DNA of 64,000 bases, taken from the NCBI GenBank assembly GCA_049512315.1, contig JBEKXF010000002.1, forward strand, positions 132,706 through 196,705, given 5' to 3'. Position 1 is the stretch's first letter. Each line of letters begins with the position of its first letter. The translations under genes and the position numbers were made by a program. The notes under the pieces are model-generated. The model was not told the DNA's origin, searched no databases, and was given only the letters and a program-made list of their open reading frames with translations. The DNA is from Candidatus Aminicenantales bacterium (lineage in GTDB: Bacteria > Acidobacteriota > Aminicenantia > Aminicenantales > Saccharicenantaceae). This document shows, one piece after another, positions 45,056 to 52,393 of this stretch.

Positions 45056-45217
45056 CTATTTGATCAGCGGGAATTCTCCCCCGCCCTTCGCCTCTCCCCC
45101 GTCATCATAGACGAGCATGATCATGCGGCGGGCCGAGAGGCTGTTCCAGGGATTGAGCGAGTGGTGGACCTCGCCCTCGTTGTATTCCTTGCAGATGACG
45201 AGCCACATATCGGTCAT
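45056..45217 (-). CDS. Small ORF (53 aa) absent from the track, leading the nitroreductase operon
   Basis: ATG at 45217 (minus) to TAG at 45056-58. Peptide MTDMWLVICKEYNEGEVHHSLNPWNSLSARRMIMLVYDDGGEAKGGGEFPLIK. Strong G/C third-position bias like neighbouring genes. Ends 11 nt before the nitroreductase RBS. Confidence 0.4.
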   Translation of the reverse strand: MTDMWLVICKEYNEGEVHHSLNPWNSLSARRMIMLVYDDGGEAKGGGEFPLIK

Positions 45218-45291
45218 ATCTCGCGGCCCGCGCGGCCGAAGTCCATATTTTTATACCAAAAGATCGCCCCGCGCAATAATCTTCCCTCTCT

Positions 45292-45412
45292 GCACTCGGC
45301 TGCTTCCTGGCCCAAGGACGCAGCCGAGTGCTCCGACTAGGGGGGAACCGCTCCTTGGATCCCCCAGTGCTCTCGCGCAATCCCCTTCCGCCTTGGGCGG
45401 GCGGGGATTGGC
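45292..45412. promoter_or_regulatory. Cluster of GC-rich inverted repeats in a divergent intergenic region
   Basis: Perfect 12-bp inverted repeat GCACTCGGCTGC (45292-303) / GCAGCCGAGTGC (45320-331) with a 16-nt spacer; a GGGGG…CCCCC stem (about 45340-45367); and a nested CAATCCCC (45378-85) / GGGGATTG (45403-10) stem enclosing a cgcc-ttgg-gcgg mini-hairpin. No T-tracts follow, so these are not terminators. Confidence 0.4.
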
Positions 45413-45523
45413 ACCGGGCCACCCATCATGGCTCGCTTTTTAATAATAAAAGTTTCGGTTAAGGCGGAGCTAAGGATTGCGTCGGAAGGCGTTTTTTTGT
45501 ATAGTCCAACTCAGGAACTTTCA

Positions 45524-45548
45524 ATAGGATATTCCGTATATCCTATTA
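45524..45548 (+). promoter_or_regulatory. AT-rich perfect palindrome (operator-like) immediately upstream of the lipoprotein gene RBS
   Basis: AATAGGATAT-tccgt-ATATCCTATT, 10-bp arms, ending 2 nt before the AAGGAGG RBS (45551-57); ATG at 45566. Lies in a 140-bp AT-rich island in a 65% GC genome. Confidence 0.45.
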
Positions 45549-45565
45549 ACAAGGAGGTTTGCACC

Positions 45566-46618
45566 ATGAAAAATCACCTCAGGATCGTATTGGCCATCCT
45601 CATCGCCGCAGGCCTTGTCTCCTGCGTCGAGCAGGGCGGGCTCAAGGCCGGCGCGGCCACCGGGAAGTCCATGCTCCAGCTCATCCCCGCAAACTGCCGC
45701 GCCGTCTTCATGATCGACGTCCACCGGGCCCTGACCACGGACGCCGCGGCGAAGGCCCTCAAGGACGGGAAGATGAAGCAGAAATACGACGACTTCGTCA
45801 AGATGGCCGGCCTCGACCCGATGAAGGACGTCTACTATCTGGCGGTCGGCGTGACCAGAGCCCCGGCGGCGACGGACCGGGAAGGGGCCATTGTCCTCAA
45901 CCTGAGGTATCAGAAGGAACAGCTCCTCGCCAAGCTGAAGGAAGCCGCGAAAAACCTTCGGGAGGAGACCTACAACGGCCTCACCATTTATACGAGCCTC
46001 GACGCCGCCAAGCCCGGAAAAATGGCTCCGGCGGGGGCCTTCCTGGATGATTCGAACATCGTCATCGGAAATGATAAGACCGTCCGGGCCGTTATCGACG
46101 TTTTCCAGAAGAAAGCGGATTCGGTCCTCAAAAACGCCGAGATGGGAAAGGTCCTCAAGGCCGTCAACACCTCCGCCGTGGTCTGGGGCGCCATCATCGT
46201 TCCTTCGGACATGATCAAGAAGGCCGCCGAGCAGAATCCGATGCTCAAGCCGCTCGAGGGCGTGACGGGTCTGGCGATGTCCTTCGACTACGTGAACATG
46301 AGCCTCATCGCCGAGGTCCAGAGCCTGGGCGGGACGAAGGAGCAGAACAAGCAGTTGGCCGATACCCTGAACGGGTTGAAGGCCATGGGCTCCGCCGCCG
46401 CCTCAAAAGAACCCGTCCTTTTGGACCTTCTGAACACCCTTGAGATCACTTCGGGAGCCGACCACGTGAAGCTCTACGCCGCCGTCCGGTCCGAGCTCCT
46501 GGAAAAGGTTCAGAAGATGGCCCAGGAAAAGCTCGGCGGCATGGTCTCCTTCGGCACGCCGTCGCCGAAGGAAGAGAAGAAAGAAGAAAAGAAAGCAGAA
46601 CCCGGGATCAAGAAATAA
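45566..46618 (+). CDS. Hypothetical lipoprotein with Lys/Glu-rich C-terminal tail
   Basis: Lipobox LVSC after the signal peptide (MKNHLRIVLAILIAAGLVSCVEQ). 350 aa. Low-complexity tail PKEEKKEEKKAEPGIKK. No family recognised. Confidence 0.7.
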   Translation: MKNHLRIVLAILIAAGLVSCVEQGGLKAGAATGKSMLQLIPANCRAVFMIDVHRALTTDAAAKALKDGKMKQKYDDFVKMAGLDPMKDVYYLAVGVTRAPAATDREGAIVLNLRYQKEQLLAKLKEAAKNLREETYNGLTIYTSLDAAKPGKMAPAGAFLDDSNIVIGNDKTVRAVIDVFQKKADSVLKNAEMGKVLKAVNTSAVVWGAIIVPSDMIKKAAEQNPMLKPLEGVTGLAMSFDYVNMSLIAEVQSLGGTKEQNKQLADTLNGLKAMGSAAASKEPVLLDLLNTLEITSGADHVKLYAAVRSELLEKVQKMAQEKLGGMVSFGTPSPKEEKKEEKKAEPGIKK

Positions 46619-46653
46619 ACCCCGCAGACGATCCCGCGGGAGAGGCCTGCGGC

Positions 46654-47460
46654 CTATTCCTCGAAGAGATACTCCTTCGCCCGGAAAAGCCAGCAGGCCA
46701 ACGCCAGGAAGGCGGCCGCGATCACGACCAACGTGATAACCGCAACCACCGGCTCTGTCGGCTCCAGCCGGAAGAGAAGAATGGACAGGGGCCCCCCCGA
46801 GGGCCGCCGGGGCATGAGCGACTTCATGTAGTGGACGAGGGAGAATTTCTGCGTCGACCCCGGGAAATACTGGATGACGTTCTCCCAGCCGAACCCGAAC
46901 AGGAGCCCGACGAGGATCGCCCTCTTGAGGAACGTCCCGAGGAACGCGAAGAAGGCCGTGTAGGCGAGAATCCCGAGCCCCAATGACCCCTCATACTTCA
47001 TGAAGGTCAGATAGATGGCCGGATCCCGGAGGCGGTGGCCGTTCATGATGAAAAAGGACAGGGAGAGGCTCGTCGATACCATGATGAACATCAGGGTCAC
47101 GTAGGCCGCATATTTCCCGAGGAAGATCGCGGGCTTGGACAGGGGCCGGGTGATGAGATACGGCAGGGTCCGGCCCTCGGTCTCTTCCGCGACGATCGAC
47201 GTTCCGTAAAAGAGCGACAGGATGACAATGTCGAACGTCACGAAAAAGACGATCAGGATGTCGTTGAACACGGCTACGAGGTCTCCGGTCCGGCCGGCCA
47301 GGACGATCCTGAACATGACGGCGATCGCAACGGGGATGAGCCCGAGGAGGAAAAAGACCCGGCTCCGGCCGGTCCTTCTCCCCAGGAAAAAGAAGAAAAC
47401 GAAAACCCTCCTGAACGACATCCAGAAGGACGGGCCGCCCGCGTTCTCTTTCTGTTTCAT
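46654..47460 (-). CDS. ABC-2 family transporter permease
   Basis: 268 aa, 6 predicted TM helices. Start ATG at 47460, 1 nt after the upstream ATPase stop. Confidence 0.75.
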   Translation of the reverse strand: MKQKENAGGPSFWMSFRRVFVFFFFLGRRTGRSRVFFLLGLIPVAIAVMFRIVLAGRTGDLVAVFNDILIVFFVTFDIVILSLFYGTSIVAEETEGRTLPYLITRPLSKPAIFLGKYAAYVTLMFIMVSTSLSLSFFIMNGHRLRDPAIYLTFMKYEGSLGLGILAYTAFFAFLGTFLKRAILVGLLFGFGWENVIQYFPGSTQKFSLVHYMKSLMPRRPSGGPLSILLFRLEPTEPVVAVITLVVIAAAFLALACWLFRAKEYLFEE

Positions 47461-47461
47461 C

Positions 47462-48389
47462 TCATTTCACCACCAGATAATCGAAGACCGCCTGGAGATT
47501 GTCGTCCGGAGAGGAGATCTCCTCAACCTCGATCCCGCCCTCGACGACGGCTGTCTGCAGCCGGCTGAAGAACGCGTCCCGCTGATGGGTCTCGACGACG
47601 AGCGACCGTCCCTCCGGCCCGAACGACATCTTCAGGATGGACTTGTCGGGGACGAATCGCGCCGCCAGCGCCCGGGCATCGCTGCAGCGGATGGAGATCA
47701 TGTGGGGATAGGTCTCGATCAGGTCCCGGATGCTGTGGATGTCCCCCTGGGCCAGGATCTTTCCCTGGTGGATCATGATCACCCGGGAGGTCATGGCCTC
47801 GATCTCGGGCAGGACGTGGCTCGAGACGATAATCGTCTTGCCCGCGCTCTGGAAATCCTTGATGAGCCGGATGAGCCTTCTCTTCCCCAGCGGGTCGAGG
47901 CCGCTGAGCGGCTCGTCGAGGATGATGATCTCCGGGTCGTGGGCGACGGCCTGGGCGAACTTCACCCGCTGGCGCATGCCGCGGCTGTAGCTCCGGACCT
48001 TGCGGTCCTTATCCTTCGAAAGCTCGACGATGTCCAGGGCGCGGACGGCCCGCTCCGTGACCTCCTTCGCCGGGAACCCGTAAAGACGGAGAAGCCCCGT
48101 CAGGAACTCCCAGCCCGTGACGTCTTCGTAGAACGCGTCCTGTTCGGGGCAGAAACCTATCCCTCGGAAGAGGTGGAAATTGTTCCAGACGTCCCGGCCG
48201 CCGATTAAAACCCTCCCGATGTTCGGCCTCAGCTGGCCGGTGACGAGCTTCATGAAGGTCGATTTGCCGGCGCCGTTGGGCCCCAGGAGCCCGGTGATGC
48301 CTTTATCGATCTCCAGCGAGACGTCGCTCAGGCCAAGGACGTTCCCGTACCACTTCGAGAGGTTCTTCGTCTGGATGACGGCTGTCACC
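47462..48389 (-). CDS. ABC transporter ATP-binding protein
   Basis: Walker A GPNGAGKST, signature LSGGMRQR-like (YSRGMRQRV), Walker B IIILDEP. The start is probably GTG at 48389 (…VTAVIQTKNLSKWYG) with a GAGGTG RBS, overlapping the upstream permease stop (GTGA). Confidence 0.85.
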
Positions 48390-49257
48390 GGACCACCTCG
48401 ACGCCGCGGATCTTCCTGTGCAGGACGAGCGCGGACAGCCCACAGACGCCCCCCAGGACAAGGAAGGAAAAGACGACCGGGACCGCGTACGGCAGCTTCT
48501 GGGCGAAGACGAAAGCGCCCATCTGCTCGATGTTGGCCCGGATCGAAAAGAGGCACACGTAAGGGGTCCTGAAAGGACCCTGAAGCATGCCATAGAGGAT
48601 ATCCGAGAAGAGATAGATCATGAAAACGAGGATCATCACATATCGGCTGTTCTTGCTCAGGGCCGAGAGGAGGAGGGTGTAGAAGGCGAAAAATACGGCC
48701 AGCATCACCGAATAGCCGATGATCGACAGGACCAGCCAGGGACAGTCGAGGAAGAACTTGAAGCTCCCGTCGAAAATGAGCTTGAAGACGAGAACGAGCA
48801 GGCCGGGAACGAGGGTCACGATGAGGATGAAGAAAAAGATGACGGCCATTTTCCCCAACACGTAGTCCGTTTTCTTCAGCGGGCGCGAGAAGTAGATCTG
48901 GAGAGAGTTATGCCTGAGGTCGTCGGCGATGAGGCCTGAGCCCGCGAAGACGAGCATCGCGATCATGAGGAACAGGAACCCCGGGTTGGTGAAGAAGATC
49001 TTGAAGGATCCCGGCGTGATGGTGATGAACTTCTCCGAACCGCGGGCCCAGAGCTTGAAGTCCCCGAGGTGTTCGGAAATATAGATGATCGCCAGGAAGA
49101 CGACCGAGGGCAGGAAGGCTCCGGCAAAGAGGAACCGGAAGCCTTTCTTCTTGAAGGCCAGCAGGATGCCGGTCCGGGTGATCGGCCACCAGGGGAACCG
49201 GGCCTCGGCCAGCTGGCCGTCCCAGTGGTAATAACCCTTTTCCCGGACCGTGGCCAT
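48385..49257 (-). CDS. ABC-2 family transporter permease (second copy)
   Basis: Start revised to ATG 49257 (MATVREKGYYHWDG…). Six hydrophobic helices. Its ATG overlaps the stop of the upstream ATPase (ATGA). Confidence 0.75.
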   Translation of the reverse strand: MATVREKGYYHWDGQLAEARFPWWPITRTGILLAFKKKGFRFLFAGAFLPSVVFLAIIYISEHLGDFKLWARGSEKFITITPGSFKIFFTNPGFLFLMIAMLVFAGSGLIADDLRHNSLQIYFSRPLKKTDYVLGKMAVIFFFILIVTLVPGLLVLVFKLIFDGSFKFFLDCPWLVLSIIGYSVMLAVFFAFYTLLLSALSKNSRYVMILVFMIYLFSDILYGMLQGPFRTPYVCLFSIRANIEQMGAFVFAQKLPYAVPVVFSFLVLGGVCGLSALVLHRKIRGVEVVR

Positions 49258-50168
49258 CAATCCACCCCAACGAGCTCGGCGAAGACGTCTTCGAGCGAGG
49301 TCTGGCTCTTGATGAAGTAGCGGATCTGGGCGCCGGTCCTGGCCGCCGCCCGGAAGATCTCCATCCGGTCCCGGTCCGCCGGCATGTAGACTTTGATCAC
49401 CTTGTCCTCGGTCTCCTCCACGCGGCATTTCATGGATTCCAGGTCCTTGCGGAAGGCCTCTCCGTCGCCCTTGATCTTGAGCTCATAGAGGCTGACGTCG
49501 GTCGCCTTCAGGTCTTCGATCCGCCCCTCGGCGGCGAGCCTGCCCTTGTTCAGGATGACGACCGAAGAGCACAGCGTCTCGATGTCGGCCAGGATATGGG
49601 AGGAGAGTAGGACCCGGATGTCCTTGTGAGAAGCGACGTCCGCGATAAGCTCAAGGACTTCGTTCCGGCCCTGGGGGTCGAGGTTCGCCGTCGGCTCGTC
49701 GAGGAAGAGGAGCTTGGGGTCGTGGACGAGCGCCTGGGCCATCTTCAGCCGCTGCTTCATCCCGGCCGAATAGGTGTCGAGGAGCCGGTACCGGGCTTCC
49801 CCCAGGCCGACATAGAAGAGGACCTCGTGGGCTCGTTTCATGGCCTCCTCGCGAGGCATGCCCGACAACTCGCCGAAATAGGCGGTGAAGGTCACGGCGT
49901 CCATGCCGGCGATGAAGCAGTCGTTCTCGGGCATGTAGCCGACCGAGCGCCGGATCTTGGCCTGGTCCCGGCAGATGTCGTAGCCCAGGACCGTCCCCTC
50001 ACCGCTCGCGGGAACGAGGAACCCGAGCAGGATCCGGATGAGGGTGCTCTTGCCTGCTCCGTTCGGTCCCAGTAGGCCGACGGCCCCATCGCCCAGGCTG
50101 AGGCTCACGTCGTCCAGCGCCTTGATTTTCCCGTAGCTGAAACTCAGGTTCTTGACTTCGATGCTCAT
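49257..50168 (-). CDS. ABC transporter ATP-binding protein (second copy)
   Basis: Walker A GPNGAGKST, signature YSAGMKQRL, Walker B LLFLDEPT, H-loop SSHIL. 303 aa. Confidence 0.85.
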   Translation of the reverse strand: MSIEVKNLSFSYGKIKALDDVSLSLGDGAVGLLGPNGAGKSTLIRILLGFLVPASGEGTVLGYDICRDQAKIRRSVGYMPENDCFIAGMDAVTFTAYFGELSGMPREEAMKRAHEVLFYVGLGEARYRLLDTYSAGMKQRLKMAQALVHDPKLLFLDEPTANLDPQGRNEVLELIADVASHKDIRVLLSSHILADIETLCSSVVILNKGRLAAEGRIEDLKATDVSLYELKIKGDGEAFRKDLESMKCRVEETEDKVIKVYMPADRDRMEIFRAAARTGAQIRYFIKSQTSLEDVFAELVGVD

Positions 50169-50205
50169 CGCAAGCGCCTAGTTTATTCTTTCTTTGATAC
50201 GGCTT

Positions 50206-51450
50206 TCAAGCAGAAAAGTTCCCCGGAACCTTGAGGCCTTCGCCATAGACGAGGGCCCGATAGGCCTTCTCGACCCGGTCCGGAGTATTGGCCCGGGCCA
50301 GGGGCCAGTACCGGCCCATGACGGTTGCGACCTCGCCTACGCCGAGTTTCCGGGCCATGTCCTCGACCTTCTCGATATAGACGGCGCCTGTCTCGGGCAT
50401 GTCGTTCCGGCGGCCGACGAACGAATAGATGAAAAGCCGCTTGACCCCGGCCTCCCGGGCCATCCGCATCAGGGCGAACAGGTGTCGGATCGTCCCGTGG
50501 GAGCTGTAAAAAGAGACGATCCCCATCAGATGGAGGGCCCGCCCGGAGGATCTGGCCTCGTTCATGGCCCAGAGGAGGGTCTCGTTTCGGAAAAAGCTGC
50601 CGTCCTCGATCGCCCGGTCGACGCGGACCCTGTCCAGGAAGACCCGCCGGCCGGCGCCGAGATGGAGATGTCCGGCCTCGGAGTTGCCGACGGTCCCGGG
50701 CGGCATTCCGACCGCCTCGCCCGAAGAATCCAGGACGGACCTCGGGTATCCCCGCCAGATCCGTTCGAAATTCTCCGGGCCGGCCTCCCGGATGAGGTTG
50801 CCGTAAGCTTCCTCCCTGTGCCCCCAGCCGTCAAGGATAAGGAGGAGCAGCTTGCGCCGCGGAGGGAAGCCTGCGGGCTTCCGCTCGATCAGGGAACGGC
50901 CCGTCATCTCGGCCGGGGCCGGGACGCCGGCGACGGTCCGGACGGCCTTGAGCACGGCTTCGCGGTCCTCGAGATGTCCGACCTCGTCCACGTTCGCGAG
51001 GTTGGCCACGATGGCCTGGGGAAAATCGTCTCCGAGCCGGGAGATGATCTCGCCGGCCAGCTCAGCGGCGCTCATCTCCGGCCGCTCCGCATATTGCTCG
51101 ACCCGCGGCGAGGGAACGACGACCCTTTCCTCCCCTAGAAAAATATCGCCCGTTTTGCCATTGAAAAAGAACCCTACGTGGGTCGCTTTTTCCGATTCCG
51201 CGATCTTGCGGACCCGGAAGCCGGCCGCACCGAGGACTTCCGTCAGCGTGTGACGGAGCTCTCGCTCCGGCGGGAAGGCCGCCCGGACCCGAAGCGACGC
51301 GGCGTACTCGATGAGCGTGACGAAATTTAAGTCCAACCGGCCGGCCACGTCCGCACGGACCATGGGTTCCAGCATCTCGTCTTCTTGTCCCGCATCGTAG
51401 GCCCTTCGGACGGCTTCGGAGAGGGAGCCGCCGCTCTGGTTGATGCTCAT
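50206..51450 (-). CDS. Circularly permuted, internally deleted homolog of cofactor-independent phosphoglycerate mutase (iPGM/GpmI)
   Basis: One continuous ORF. The N-terminal 200 aa match the iPGM C-terminal segment (…EKATHVGFFFNGKTG…SPRVEQYAERPEMSA…ANLANVDEVGH…AGVPAPAEMTGRSLIE, which is the iPGM C-terminal tail). It then runs straight into the iPGM N-terminus (…LLLLILDGWG…GNSEAGH…HLMGIVS…GRYWPLARANTPDRVEKAYRALVYGEG). The ADHGN / HT…PVP segment is absent. Start probably ATG 51450 (MSINQ…) with a GGGAGAAAGGG RBS. Confidence 0.7.
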   Translation of the reverse strand: MSINQSGGSLSEAVRRAYDAGQEDEMLEPMVRADVAGRLDLNFVTLIEYAASLRVRAAFPPERELRHTLTEVLGAAGFRVRKIAESEKATHVGFFFNGKTGDIFLGEERVVVPSPRVEQYAERPEMSAAELAGEIISRLGDDFPQAIVANLANVDEVGHLEDREAVLKAVRTVAGVPAPAEMTGRSLIERKPAGFPPRRKLLLLILDGWGHREEAYGNLIREAGPENFERIWRGYPRSVLDSSGEAVGMPPGTVGNSEAGHLHLGAGRRVFLDRVRVDRAIEDGSFFRNETLLWAMNEARSSGRALHLMGIVSFYSSHGTIRHLFALMRMAREAGVKRLFIYSFVGRRNDMPETGAVYIEKVEDMARKLGVGEVATVMGRYWPLARANTPDRVEKAYRALVYGEGLKVPGNFSA

Positions 51451-51478
51451 AGATTCCCTTTCTCCCGACGGACGGTCC

Positions 51479-52393
51479 CTATCTTTTTTCTCCGAGAGAG
51501 CGGTCTTCGCCCACCGGCAAAGCCAGCATGGCAAAGGGATCGACCCGGCTGTCGCCGACCCTCATGGACCAGTGGAGGTGGGGCCCCGTCGAACGGCCCG
51601 TGCTGCCGCATTTCCCGATGATCGCCCCTTTTTCGACCATGTCGCCCCGGTGAACGAGGAGCTTCGAAAGGTGGCAGTAGAAGCTGAATGTCCCGAGGCC
51701 GTGGTCGATGAGGACCGAGTTGCCCGAAAGATAGAGAGGGCTCGCCAGGACCACCCGGCCCCGGTTGGCCGCCCGGATGGGCTCCCCCCACGGCACCTGG
51801 AGGTCCACTCCGCCGTGGACGGAGCTGAGGACGTTGTTGTTCAGGCGCCTTTGCCCGAAGTTCGGCCAGGCTTTGGCGGGGTGCGGGGCCACGAAGGCGC
51901 CGTCACCCAGCCACTCCGGATCGCTCAAAGTATAGACCAGGCTGACGATCTCGGCTTCCCGTTTGATCCTCTCGGCCGCCGACCTCGTCGGGGTCACGAA
52001 TTCCCTGGCGACCCAGATCTTTTGCGAGGGGAAGGTCTTCCCGGATATGGTGACTTCCCTGTGTAGATCCTCGAGCGTCCCATCTCTCTTCTCGGCCAGG
52101 ATGTCCAGCGGGTAGCGGCCCGGCTTGACGTCGAGGTCGATGCCGAGGAAGGCCAGCGCTTCCCGGCCCGACGCGTCCGTCCTCAAAACGACGTTTTCCC
52201 CCATGAAGCGCAGGCTGAGCGCAAGGACGTCGCGGCTTTTCAGGACGAAGAGAACGGGCTCGCCCGGCTGGAACGACCGGCAGGCCATCTCGACCGTGAC
52301 CCCGGAAGGGGTCCGCAGGGACTCCCGCGTCAGGGCCGCCAGCCCGAAGGGCGCGGCGAGGAGCAGCAGGGCCGCGATGATCCGCCTGGTCAA
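51479..52393 (-). CDS. M23 family metallopeptidase (LytM domain), secreted
   Basis: Signal peptide (MTRRIIAALLLLAAPFGLAA). LytM motifs HGGVDLQ, …VLIDHG…, …GSTGRSTGPHLHWSM… The start appears to be TTG at 52393 overlapping the upstream TGA stop (TTGA). Confidence 0.8.
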   Translation of the reverse strand: MTRRIIAALLLLAAPFGLAALTRESLRTPSGVTVEMACRSFQPGEPVLFVLKSRDVLALSLRFMGENVVLRTDASGREALAFLGIDLDVKPGRYPLDILAEKRDGTLEDLHREVTISGKTFPSQKIWVAREFVTPTRSAAERIKREAEIVSLVYTLSDPEWLGDGAFVAPHPAKAWPNFGQRRLNNNVLSSVHGGVDLQVPWGEPIRAANRGRVVLASPLYLSGNSVLIDHGLGTFSFYCHLSKLLVHRGDMVEKGAIIGKCGSTGRSTGPHLHWSMRVGDSRVDPFAMLALPVGEDRSLGEKR

